A stretch of 64,000 bases of DNA, taken from assembly GCA_963781585.1 (NCBI GenBank), contig CAWAGQ010000006.1:192001-256000 (forward strand), in the 5' to 3' direction. Of this stretch, positions 31,719 to 41,512 are shown piece by piece. The notes beneath the pieces were generated by a model. That model was not told the DNA's origin and did no database searches. It saw only the letters and a program-made list of their open reading frames with translations. This DNA comes from an uncultured Gemmatimonadaceae bacterium. Its GTDB lineage: Bacteria; Gemmatimonadota; Gemmatimonadetes; Gemmatimonadales; Gemmatimonadaceae. Position numbers and translations under genes: made by a program. Position 1 is the first letter of the stretch; every line of letters begins with the position of its first letter.

Positions 31719-31938
31719 CGGGATGCTCGGACAATCCTCGCTCGCCCTTGACCGGTGGACCCCTGGAGGACGCCTTTCTGCGCTGAAGCCGATTCCGGGA
31801 AGATTCACCGCTCGTTCCGGGCTGCGATCGGATGTATCGTATGTGCGGGGGTACGCCGGAGGCGCGTCAGGCGAGCGAACTCGGCGAGCGGCCCGTACGT
31901 CCGGGACGGCGCCCGAACATGCCACCGAAGCGGTGCGA

Positions 31939-32920
31939 GTGAACCCACGACCCGTCGTGCAACATCCTGCCGTAGCAGCTTTCCTGATGTCGGCGGTCAC
32001 ACTGGAAGCGTGCGCGACCGGCACGCCGAGAGCCCCGTCCCCAGCCCCCTCGCCGGTAGCGACTGCCGAGTACCGTTCGTTCGACGTGCGACGCAGGGGA
32101 TGGGTGGGGCTCGATGGCGTGGCCACGGCGGCGGACACCGCCCAGGTGGTCTTCTTCGGCGAGGAACACGACGATCCCGCGACGCACAGGGTCGAGCTGG
32201 CGCTCCTCAGGTCGCTCGGCGAGCGCCACAGTCATATCGTCCTCTCGCTGGAAATGTTCGAGCGGGACGTTCAGCCGGTGGTAGATCAGTATCTCGCTGG
32301 CGCAATCAGCCACGAGGATTTTCTCGCGCGCTCGCGTCCCTGGTCCGCCTACATGACGGACTATCACCCGCTCGTGGAACTGGCGAAATCGCACGGCTGG
32401 CCGGTGGTCGCGGCCAACGTCCCCCGCCCGCTGGCGTCGGCGGTGGGACGCGTTGGCCTGGCCGCGCTCGACAGCCTGTCGCCGGCCGAGCGCGCGTACG
32501 CGGCGCGGGAAATCGTCTGTCCCGACGATGCCTATCGCGCGCGCTTCATGGACGAGATGCGCACGCACAGCGCGGGCAGTGGCGCGGCGCCGTCGCCTGA
32601 CGACTCGCTGCCGACCGCGGTCGCGGCGCGGTTCTATCTGGCTCAGTGCGTGAAGGACGAGACGATGGCCGAATCGATCGCGAATGCATTGGCGAAGGCC
32701 GGGCCCGACGCGCTGATCTTCCATGTGACCGGATCGTTCCACAGCGCCTACGGCCAGGGGACGGTGGAGCGATTCGTCCGCCGGGTGCCGCAGGCGCGGA
32801 TCGTCACCGTCACCGCGGTGCCGGTGGCCGATCCGGCGAAGGGGTCGGCGGACGCGTATGCGAAACGGGCGGACTTCATCATCCTCACACGGCGCGCGAC
32901 CGGGCCGCCGCCCAGCGGAT
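31939..32920 (+). CDS. ChaN family lipoprotein (no in-frame stop at the expected end)
   Basis: LEAC lipobox, FGEEHDD, LSLEMFERD, AANVPR, KDETMAESI, GSFHS. Homology ends near 32900 but the frame stays open to 34632. Confidence 0.8.
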
Positions 32921-34674
32921 CAGACCAGCGTCGTCAGGTACTCAGGCGCCCGCCGAGCCCTGGTCGTCTGTTCGAACGCATACGCGAGCCTGAGCAGCGC
33001 CCCCTCGCTCCACGCCGGCCCGATGAACGAGAGCCCGCTCGGCAGGCCGTGGACGAGCCCCATCGGCACCGTGATGCTCGGATAGCCGGCCACCGCCGCG
33101 AAGGTCGTGTCGCCCCCCTTGAAGTGGTCGCCGTTGAGATAGTCGGTCGGCCACGCCGGCTGATTCGACGGCAAGACGATCGCATGAAGCCGGTTCTTCG
33201 CCAGTGCCGCATCGATGCCCTGAGCGCGCGACATGCGGACGCACTTCGCGCGCGCGGCCCTGTAGCGGGCGTCGGTGAGCGGCCCCTTTACCTGCGCCTG
33301 CTGGAACAGTTCCTGCCCGAACCACGGCATCTCGCGATCCTTCTCGCGCTCGTTCCACGCGATCAGCTCGGCGAGCGTCTTCACCGGCGCCGTGGCGCCG
33401 AGCGACGCGAGATACGCGTTCAGGCCGTCCTTGAATTCGTACAGCAGCACCTGCAGCTCATCGTCGTCGAACCGGTGCGCGCCGGCGAGGTTCGCGGGAT
33501 CGACCACCTCGGCGCCGGCGCCCTTCATCGCTGCTATTGCCTCGTCGAGCAGGTGGTCAACGTCGGGGTTGAAACCCGCCAGGTTGCGCGACACGCCGAT
33601 GCGCGCGCCCTTGAGGCCCGCGGGGTCGAGGAATCGCGTGTAGTCGGATTCCGTGTGGCCGGTGCTCGCGTTAGTGGCCGCGTCGCGCGGATCGGTGCCA
33701 ACCAGCGCGCCGAGCAGCGCGGCGACATCCGCGACCGAGCGGCACATCGGACCCGCCGTGTCCTGGGATGCGGAGATCGGGATGATCCCCGAGCGGCTCC
33801 AGAGACCCACGGTGGGTTTGAGTCCCACCAGCCCACACATCGACGACGGGCAGATGACAGACCCGTCGGTCTCGGTGCCGATTCCGATCGCAGCGAAATC
33901 GGCAGCGATCGCGGCAGCCGTTCCCGAGCTCGACCCGCACGGGTTGCGATCGAGGATGTATGGATTGTGGGTCTGCCCGCCGCGCCCGCTCCATCCGCTG
34001 GTGGAACGGGTGGAGCGGAAGTTCGCCCACTCGCTGAGATTCGTCTTTCCGAGCAGCACGGCGCCGGCGGCGCGCAGGCGGTCAACGATGAATGCGTCGT
34101 TCGGCGGCGTACTCGTCGCGAGCGCCAAGGATCCGGCCGAGGTGCGCATCTTGTCGGCCGAGTCGATGTTGTCCTTGATGAGGATGGGGATGCCGTGCAG
34201 CGGGCCGCGCACACGTCCGGCTTTGCGCTCGGCGTCGAGGGCGTCGGCGATGGTCCGCGCGTCGGGGTTGAGTTCGATCACTGCATTGACCGCGGGTCCG
34301 CGCTTGTCCATCGCGTCGATGCGGGTCAGGTAGCGATCGACGAGTGCGCGCGAGGTGAGCGAGCCCCGCTCCATGGCGGCGCGCAGGTCGGCGACGGATT
34401 GCTCGAAGAGGGCGTCGCGTTCAGGTACTCCGGCGGCGGGCGTCGGGCCGCGTCGCGACGCCGTGTCGCTGGCCCTGGTGGAGTCGCCTGTATCGCGCGC
34501 GAGCGTGGTGCAGGCGGTGCCGGTGCCGAGGACTATGGTGGCGCCGGCAGCGATGGAGCGGCCGACGAATGTACGGCGGTCCACGGGCGCCTGGCCCGGT
34601 TGGTGGTGGTCACTCTGGGAGCCGACCGCTGAGCGCTGAGTGCTGTTGGCTGCATGTCGGGGAGCGTCAGGCAT
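32920..34674 (-). CDS. Amidase (amidase-signature family) with Tat signal
   Basis: DRRTF Tat motif; IKDNI, GKTNLSEW, CGSSSG, GTETDGS. Confidence 0.95.
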   Translation of the reverse strand: MPDAPRHAANSTQRSAVGSQSDHHQPGQAPVDRRTFVGRSIAAGATIVLGTGTACTTLARDTGDSTRASDTASRRGPTPAAGVPERDALFEQSVADLRAAMERGSLTSRALVDRYLTRIDAMDKRGPAVNAVIELNPDARTIADALDAERKAGRVRGPLHGIPILIKDNIDSADKMRTSAGSLALATSTPPNDAFIVDRLRAAGAVLLGKTNLSEWANFRSTRSTSGWSGRGGQTHNPYILDRNPCGSSSGTAAAIAADFAAIGIGTETDGSVICPSSMCGLVGLKPTVGLWSRSGIIPISASQDTAGPMCRSVADVAALLGALVGTDPRDAATNASTGHTESDYTRFLDPAGLKGARIGVSRNLAGFNPDVDHLLDEAIAAMKGAGAEVVDPANLAGAHRFDDDELQVLLYEFKDGLNAYLASLGATAPVKTLAELIAWNEREKDREMPWFGQELFQQAQVKGPLTDARYRAARAKCVRMSRAQGIDAALAKNRLHAIVLPSNQPAWPTDYLNGDHFKGGDTTFAAVAGYPSITVPMGLVHGLPSGLSFIGPAWSEGALLRLAYAFEQTTRARRAPEYLTTLV

Positions 34675-35088
34675 CGGCGGATTGTGCGAAGGGTTGGACA
34701 AATGGGACGCCGGTGGAGGTACGGCGCTCGCGGGCGGGGGGGGGCGCCGCGCGCCTCTGACCGATCAGCGAACCCCTTGCGGCGGGCGAACACCAAAGTC
34801 GTCCACGACGCGGCAGCACGCCACCCTCGCGCTCGGCTGAGACACGTCGTGAGGACACGGGTCCGGAGCGCGTTAGCGCTCCCTTTCGCGTCGGTTTATC
34901 CCGGGAATCCGCGGAAATGTTACGTCATGTATCAGCGTTGCCCATGGCGTGTCGGTTGTTGCGTGTCTCGCGCCCCAGACTGGAAGCGTCCAAACAGGTC
35001 GAGCGAGGGACGGGCCGCTTCATTAATGAGGCGACGTCGTCGTTCGACGGCCTCGGCAGTTGCCGCAGTGGGCGATGGGAAGGCTCTG

Positions 35089-35910
35089 ATGTCGCAGTCA
35101 ATCCAAACGGCCGGTGCGGGTCGGCCGAAGGTGCTCGTCTTCTGCACGTCGGCGCCGATGGAGCGTGTGATTCGCGAGTCGCTGGCCGGGCAGTTCACGA
35201 TTCGCTCGACCGACAAGTGGAGCGACGTCGAAGCCGAGGCGGCGGCGAGCGCGTGTGTGGTGGCGGTGGTGCCCAGGTTGCGGCCGCCTGACATCGGAGA
35301 ACACCTTGAAGCGGTCAGGACCCATGCGCCGGAGACGCTGATTGTCGTGGTGACGACGAGGACCGCCGAGAATGCGGAGGCGATCCTGCGCATTCCGGTC
35401 GACGCGGTGGTGTGGGAGACGGCCGTACGCGAGCAGCTCCTGCCGGCGGTGGTTCGGGTTCTGGAACACTCGTACCTCGCCGTCGTCGCCCGGAACGCGT
35501 TACGCGAGGGGACGTTCGCACACGAGGTACGCATCGCGATCGCGGCCGCGTGCCGGAGTCATGCTCCCCCGTACTCGGTCGAGCGTTCGGCGATGGCCTG
35601 CGGGGTGCCACGGAGCACGCTGAATGCCGCGTGGAGGAAGGCGGGAGCGCCGCGCCTCAGTCCGAAGCTGTACCTCCGGTGGATTCGCCTGCTGCAGGCG
35701 GTGGCGTGGAAGACGGCTCAGCGCAGCTGGGAGTCGATCGCCGCCGAGCTGCACGTGGACGTGGACACCTTGGCGCGCGATGCGACGAAGGTCGCGGGTC
35801 TTCACCTCCGGGACCTCAGCGTCGAGACAATTGGCCTCCTTCGCGAGAAATTCGAGGACTCTGTGCTTCGTCCGCTGGGTATTCCGGCACCGCCAGCGAA
35901 AATGCGGTAA
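35089..35910 (+). CDS. AraC-like transcriptional regulator, copy 1
   Basis: C-terminal double HTH (SVERSAMACGVPRSTL..SPKLYLRWIRLLQA..SWESIAAEL); receiver-like N-terminus. Confidence 0.75.
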   Translation: MSQSIQTAGAGRPKVLVFCTSAPMERVIRESLAGQFTIRSTDKWSDVEAEAAASACVVAVVPRLRPPDIGEHLEAVRTHAPETLIVVVTTRTAENAEAILRIPVDAVVWETAVREQLLPAVVRVLEHSYLAVVARNALREGTFAHEVRIAIAAACRSHAPPYSVERSAMACGVPRSTLNAAWRKAGAPRLSPKLYLRWIRLLQAVAWKTAQRSWESIAAELHVDVDTLARDATKVAGLHLRDLSVETIGLLREKFEDSVLRPLGIPAPPAKMR

Positions 35911-35954
35911 AGCTGGCCAGTTTGCGGTTGACGGGTTGAGCCGGAATGCACGAT
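35903..35954 (+). promoter_or_regulatory. TGCGGT-N14-TGCGGT repeat plus -10-like CACGAT (also at 41201, 47700, 52110)
   Basis: 20-bp period kept in all four copies; a (C/T)(A/G)CGAT hexamer starts 25-26 bp after the start of the second site. Confidence 0.55.
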
Positions 35955-36181
35955 GTTGGTGCTCGTTCGGGGACCCGCAGCCACGGATCATCTCGCTCAC
36001 CTGGCGAAAAGAAGAACCGTCTGCGGCACGTGCGGCCGGCCGGACCGAGCGTGGTACGATCGGGAGCGTCGCCGCGATTCTCCTATGAGAACGCGGAGCG
36101 CACCGATCGAAGTCGGCTAAAATCACCCACTCATTTCCCCGAAGAACCAGAAAGATTTCCCCTCCACCCAGGGAGAACCGG

Positions 36182-36478
36182 ATGCACTCCTTCAAGACCC
36201 CCTTCAAAATCGCATTGCTTGCGGCTGCACTCGTGGCGTCTCTGGCGATGTCGGGCACTCGCGTTCCGGCGCTACACGAAGAGAACGGGCTTCCAACCAA
36301 CGTGGACCAAGTCTGTCCGAAGCACGTGCCGGGCGCTTTGCCTCTGGCAAAGTGTGAGGATCCATGTCACTGTGTTGAGGACCGCTACCTCACTACATGT
36401 GCCACGCCGGACTTCAAGTGCGTCTGTGACGTGCAATCCGACGTGCAAGCCAAAGAGAACAAGAGCGCGCGGCACTAG
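36182..36478 (+). CDS. Small exported cysteine-rich protein
   Basis: AGGGAGA RBS; signal peptide; 7 Cys in the mature region. Confidence 0.75.
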   Translation: MHSFKTPFKIALLAAALVASLAMSGTRVPALHEENGLPTNVDQVCPKHVPGALPLAKCEDPCHCVEDRYLTTCATPDFKCVCDVQSDVQAKENKSARH

Positions 36479-36628
36479 GGGCCAATAGCATGCAGTGAGG
36501 GTGCGGAGTTTCCCCTGCATTTTGGCCGCGCGAGAGGGTGCTCTCCGGGCCACATGGCCGCAGCAACATCTTTCCGCGCCCAGTACTTCCACGATTTGGC
36601 GTAACGACAGCGTAGGCAGGCAAAGACG

Positions 36629-37804
36629 ATGTATGCACGTCTGTTGCGATGGATTGGCGGCGCGACTTGTGTCGTTGTGGTTGCTTCCGACGGGCTTTCT
36701 CTGCATCCTGCCCCGCAGCCACTCGATGCGTTGATCGCTCAACCAGAGCCTCTGTTGCAGGAGGCGACTTGGATCTTCTCGCGCCGCTCCGTGAAGGCGT
36801 TCGGTGGCGTTGGAGACTCTTCGTTCACGTTTGGGGTGATCGTCGGAGGTCAGATCATCGGCGACAGCACTATCGTCATTGCCGACGGGTCCAACGGATC
36901 CATTCACTACTTTTCCATGAACGGGGGGACTACGCGGAACTTCGGCCGTCTCGGCCCGGGACCGGGGGAATTCCAGGCGCTAACTGATGTGCATGAGTGC
37001 GAGCCCAGTACCTTGGCCACGTACGATGCCGCAACGGCCCGGATCACTAGGTTTGGTCCCGCCGGAGAGGTTCTCATCGAGAAGAGATCACCCGTCGGCT
37101 TTGTAATCTTGAGACCACTGACTTGTCTCGCCGACGGCTCGATTATCGCTGCCTTCGATCGCCGAGCGCCAATTCCCCAACAGTCGAGCGTTGTTCGCGC
37201 CACTGGACTGCTCGTCCGGATCTCCTCCGACCTTAGTGCCGTTGATACGCTGGCGACGTTTCCGGGAAACGAGCGCTACTTCGCAAACGAGGTTGGCGGA
37301 TATGGAGAACTTCCATTGGGGCGCTCTGGTGTCGTCGCCGCCGGCGCGCACTTCGCCGTGCTCGGTCAGACGGACTCAACTAGAATCCACATTCTACCCT
37401 TGGCAGGAGGGAGTGACCAACTCCTCGATCTTCCTCTCCGCCGTTATCCGGTAACCGCTGCGGCCTTTCGACGCGCCGTAGAACAGAGATTGGAGGACGA
37501 GCCAAGTCGACACACCCAAGACGTGCTGCGAGCCGTATACGCGCACGCGCCCCAACCAACCGGCAACAGGTTTCTTCGGGACCTCTTTGTGGACTCTGTT
37601 GACCGAATATGGGTGCAGACGCCTGCGCTGTCACGGCTCCGGGAGTCGATTTGGCGCGTCTTTGACGCAAGAGGACGTGACGTCGCGCGGGCACTGCTTC
37701 CCGAGACCGCGCGAGTACTCTTCGCCTCGGCTGATCATGTTCTCTTGAGAGTCACCGGCCCAGATGGCGATCAACACGTGGAACTTTTCCACATGCCTCC
37801 CTAG
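36629..37804 (+). CDS. 6-bladed beta-propeller-like exported protein (type A)
   Basis: FGRLGPGPGEF and VDSVDRIWVQ; paralogue of 50449-51582. Confidence 0.75.
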   Translation: MYARLLRWIGGATCVVVVASDGLSLHPAPQPLDALIAQPEPLLQEATWIFSRRSVKAFGGVGDSSFTFGVIVGGQIIGDSTIVIADGSNGSIHYFSMNGGTTRNFGRLGPGPGEFQALTDVHECEPSTLATYDAATARITRFGPAGEVLIEKRSPVGFVILRPLTCLADGSIIAAFDRRAPIPQQSSVVRATGLLVRISSDLSAVDTLATFPGNERYFANEVGGYGELPLGRSGVVAAGAHFAVLGQTDSTRIHILPLAGGSDQLLDLPLRRYPVTAAAFRRAVEQRLEDEPSRHTQDVLRAVYAHAPQPTGNRFLRDLFVDSVDRIWVQTPALSRLRESIWRVFDARGRDVARALLPETARVLFASADHVLLRVTGPDGDQHVELFHMPP

Positions 37805-37857
37805 CGAAATGTAGGAGGCCCCACCGGCTCTGCCGGGGATACTTACTGGCGTGTTTG

Positions 37858-39172
37858 TGCCGCCGGATACGCTTCTCATGCGCGTCGTGTCGGACCTGCT
37901 GACTGGGAAACGTCCGTTCGCCACGTCCCGCCAACCTCCGCCGTGAAAGGTCCGGGAGCCATGCTTCGATGTGATGTATGGTAGGCGCAGCAGCCGCATG
38001 TATCGCACGGCTTGCGGCAGTAGGCCAGGCGCCTGATACCCGACTCGCGACGCGAACTCTCTGGTGGAGCGGACTGGCGACTCTGGTTGCGCCGGCCCTG
38101 TCACTGGCACAGCAGATCCCGCGCACGACGCTCGAACGCCGAGATGCCACGGTCGATTTTGCATTCAACCACATCGGTGGTTGCCGTGAACTAACGGACG
38201 GGCGCGTCCTGATCGGCGACGACTACGAGAGGACGCTCTATCTGATCGACTTTGCGGCCGGAAAGGCAACGGCTCTTGGTAGGTCCGGCTCGGGACCGGG
38301 AGAATTCGAATCGGTAAGCACGCTTCACTATATGGCGGACGATTCGACGCTTCTGGAAGACCGCCGACAAGGTCGCTGGCTGTACTTGCAGGGGCCCCGG
38401 GCGGTCGAAACGATCAACGCGATCACTCGTTTCGGGTACACGCCGACCCTTCACGGAGTGGACAGCATGGGGAGGTTCCTGGAGCTCCGACCTTCGCTGT
38501 ACGGCAAGTCTCCCGGCCTCCCCGCTTTGCGCATTCAATCGTCAGCAGAGTCGCTGCTGGTCATTGTCGGCCATCGGAGCGTTGCCTCCGCGGATACCTT
38601 GGGGCGGATCCGGGGTCAATTTCGAGGTGTCAGGGAGGTTATGAAACCGCTGGTCGCTGGTGGCCCGAGCGTTTCCAGAATAGTGGGCAACCCCTTGGCC
38701 GCGGAGGAACAGGCCATTCTGCTCCTGGATGGGTGGGCCGCGATCGTCTTCGCTGATCCATATCACGTCGAATGGATCACTCCGCGAAAGGTGAGGGTGC
38801 GCGGTCCGCCCCTTCCATTCCAACGAGTGCCGGTCGACGACGCGCAGAAACGGTATGCGGTAGAGATGAGCCGCGGTTACAGGGGTCTGTTTTCACCGGA
38901 CGAACTGCCCGCGTGGCCAGCCATCCTTCCTCCGTTTCTTAACGATGCAGTACTGGCCCTTCCAGATGGACGGATTGCCATTCGACGCACACCGGTGGCT
39001 GGTACGGGTGAGATCTTGTACGACATAGTGGACCGAAGGGGGCAGCTGACATCGCGAATCGCAGTATCGTCTGGTCAGAGATTAGTGGGATTCGGTAGAC
39101 ATGCCGCATATGTCGTGCATGAATCAGGTGACGACAGCGAACGCCTCGATCGCTATCACTGGCCGTAGCCCG
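37858..39172. repeat. ~1.3-kb duplication (DsbA tail + beta-propeller), partner at 56170-57485
   Basis: Near-identical DNA by eye. Confidence 0.9.
37978..39168 (+). CDS. 6-bladed beta-propeller-like exported protein (type B)
   Basis: LGRSGSGPGEF and RLVGFG..YVV; start uncertain. Confidence 0.75.
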   Translation: MVGAAAACIARLAAVGQAPDTRLATRTLWWSGLATLVAPALSLAQQIPRTTLERRDATVDFAFNHIGGCRELTDGRVLIGDDYERTLYLIDFAAGKATALGRSGSGPGEFESVSTLHYMADDSTLLEDRRQGRWLYLQGPRAVETINAITRFGYTPTLHGVDSMGRFLELRPSLYGKSPGLPALRIQSSAESLLVIVGHRSVASADTLGRIRGQFRGVREVMKPLVAGGPSVSRIVGNPLAAEEQAILLLDGWAAIVFADPYHVEWITPRKVRVRGPPLPFQRVPVDDAQKRYAVEMSRGYRGLFSPDELPAWPAILPPFLNDAVLALPDGRIAIRRTPVAGTGEILYDIVDRRGQLTSRIAVSSGQRLVGFGRHAAYVVHESGDDSERLDRYHWP

Positions 39173-39361
39173 CAGGGTGATGGTGTTTGTCCCAACGGGC
39201 GTCGATGATCGGGTGGAATCCTGAATCCGATGTAAGAATGCCGAAATCTCATCCAGGCGTTGATCACCCGGGGCGTACGCCAAGTACGAAGAGGCAAGGA
39301 CAACCAGGCTCGAAGCGCGCGGCTCGCCCTGAGGGTGGTGGCAGCAAGGCAGCGACGGGTC

Positions 39362-39970
39362 AGCGGCGCGCAGGCGTTCGACGATAAACGCGTCCCTGGG
39401 CGGCGTGCTCGTCGCGAGCGCCAGCGATCCGGCCGAGGTGCGCATCCTGTCGGCCGAGTCGATGTTGTCCTTGATGAGGATGGGAATGCCGTGCAGCGGG
39501 CCGCGCACGTGTCCGGCTTTGCGCTCGGCGTCGAGGGCGTAGGCGATGGTACGCGCGTCGGGGTTGAGTTCGATCACTGCGTTGACCGCGGGGCCGCGCT
39601 TGTCCATGGCGTCGATGCGGGTCAGGTAGCGATCAACCAGCGCGCGCGAAGTGAGCGCACCGCGCTCCATGGCGGCGCGGAGGTTGGCGACGGATTGCTC
39701 GAACAGCGCGTCGCGCGCGGGAACGCCTGACGCCGGAACGGGGCCAGGTCGCGACGCCGTGTCGCTGGCCCTGGTGGAGTCGCCGGTATCGCGCGCGGGT
39801 GTGGTGCAGGCAGTGCCGGTGCCGAGGATAATGGTGGCGCCGGCAGCGATGGAGCGGCCGACGAAGGTGCGGCGGTCGACGGGAGCCTGGCCTGCGTGGT
39901 GGTCGTCACTCTGGGAGCTGACCGCTGATCGCTGATGGCTGTTGGCTGCATGTCGGGGAGCGTGAGGCAT
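39362..39970 (-). pseudogene. Truncated amidase (5' third)
   Basis: Tat motif through IVERLRAA, then homology is lost. Confidence 0.9.
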
Positions 39971-40386
39971 TGGCGTGTTGCGCGAAGGGTTGGACAACCA
40001 GGACGCCGGTGGCCGTGCGTGTTCCTGCGGGCGGGGGGGCGCCGCGCGCCTCTGACCGATCAGCCGAACCCCTTGCTGCGGGCGACACCAAACGTCGTCG
40101 ACGACGCGGCAGCACGCCACCCTCGTGCTCGCCTGAGACGCGAGGTGAGCACGCGGGTCCGGAGCGTCAGCGTTCCCTTTCGCGTCGGGTGATCCCGGAA
40201 CACCCGCGGAAATGTTACGTGGTGTATCGGCGTTGCCCATTGCGTGTCGGCTGTTGCTTGCCGAGCGCCCCAGACTGGAACGGTCCAATCAGGTCGCGTC
40301 GATGGGCGGGCGCCTTTCATTAGTGAGGCGACCGTCGTCCGTCGACGGCCTCGGCAGTGGCAGACTTGGGCGATGTGAAGGCGCAG

Positions 40387-41208
40387 ATGTCGCAGTCAAT
40401 CCAAAGCTCAGGTGCGGGTCGGCCGAAGGTGCTCGTCTTCTGCGCCTCCGCGCCGATGGCCGGTGCGATTCGCGAGGCGCTGGCCGGGCACTTCACGATT
40501 CGTGCGACCGACCAGTGGAGCGACGTCGAAGTCGAGGCGGCGGCGAGCGCGTGTGTGGTGGCGGTGGCGCCCAGGTTGCGGCTGCCTGACATCGGAGAAC
40601 ACCTTGAAACGGTCAGGACCCATGCGCCGGAGACGCTGATTGTCGTGGTGACGACGAGGACCGCCGAGAATGCGGAGGCGATCCCGAGCATTCCGGTCGA
40701 CGCGGTGGTCTGGGAGACGGCCGTACGCGAGCAGCTCCTGCCCGCGGTGGTTCGTGTAGTGGAACACTCGTACCTCGCCGTCGTCGCCCGGAACGCATTG
40801 CGCGAGGGGACGCTCGCACACGAGGTACGCATCGCGATCGCGGCCGCGTGCCGGAGTCATGCTCCACCGTACTCCGTCGAGCGTTTGGCGATGGCCTGCG
40901 GGGTGCCACGGAGCACGCTGAATGCCGCGTGGCGCAAGGCGGGAGCGCCGCGCCTCACGCCGAAGCTGTTCCTCCGGTGGATTCGCCTGCTGCATGCGGT
41001 GGCGGGGAAGACCGCTCAGCGCAGCTGGGAGTCGATCGCCGCCGAGCTCCACGCTGACGTGGACACCTTGGCGCGCGATGCGACGCGGGTCGCGGATCTT
41101 CATCTGAGGGACCTGAGTGTGGAGACGATCGACCTCGTTCGCGAGAAATTCGAGGACTCTGTGCTTCGGCCGCTGGGTATTCCGGCACCGCCAGCGAGAA
41201 TGCGGTAA
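40387..41208 (+). CDS. AraC-like transcriptional regulator, copy 2
   Basis: Paralogue of 35089-35910. Confidence 0.75.
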   Translation: MSQSIQSSGAGRPKVLVFCASAPMAGAIREALAGHFTIRATDQWSDVEVEAAASACVVAVAPRLRLPDIGEHLETVRTHAPETLIVVVTTRTAENAEAIPSIPVDAVVWETAVREQLLPAVVRVVEHSYLAVVARNALREGTLAHEVRIAIAAACRSHAPPYSVERLAMACGVPRSTLNAAWRKAGAPRLTPKLFLRWIRLLHAVAGKTAQRSWESIAAELHADVDTLARDATRVADLHLRDLSVETIDLVREKFEDSVLRPLGIPAPPARMR

Positions 41209-41512
41209 AGCTGGCCAGTTTGCGGTTGACGGGTTGAGCCGGAATGCGCGATCTTGGCCCTCGCGTTCGATGCCGACGGATGGGGTGCCCTGATACGCGC
41301 GAGAGTTGTACCGCTGGCAGAGGAGCTGGGCCTTCGAACATCTCCAACCATAGTTCTTGACAGCGCGCAGCTGCCCGACCTCCCGCGAGGGGCCTGGTTT
41401 GGAAACGGCCGTCGGAGGTGGCAAGTAGACCGAGGCAGGGAGGTCCAGACCACCTGCGTACAAACCACCTGCGGACATCGTCGGTGCCAGTCTTCCATTT
41501 CAGAGGCGAAAC

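Larger units (their letters stand above)
34017..35966. repeat. Repeat module copy 1 (amidase 5' end + spacer + AraC-like gene + promoter)
   Basis: Collinear similarity to 39362-41258 and 45823-47762. Confidence 0.9.
39362..41258. repeat. Repeat module copy 2
   Basis: Similar to copies 1 and 3 over ~1.9 kb. Confidence 0.9.

Noticed and set aside
31657..34632. 991-aa ORF as a genuine ChaN fusion protein
   Set aside because: The C-terminal ~580 aa is the antisense shadow of the amidase, with no domain-like character.
34675..35088. Structured ncRNA in the amidase-regulator spacer
   Set aside because: Its conservation is explained by the module duplication; I could not recognise a known RNA motif or covariation by eye.
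36182..36478. Classical RiPP precursor
   Set aside because: No radical SAM, YcaO, lanthipeptide synthetase or peptidase-ABC exporter nearby, and it has an ordinary Sec-type signal.
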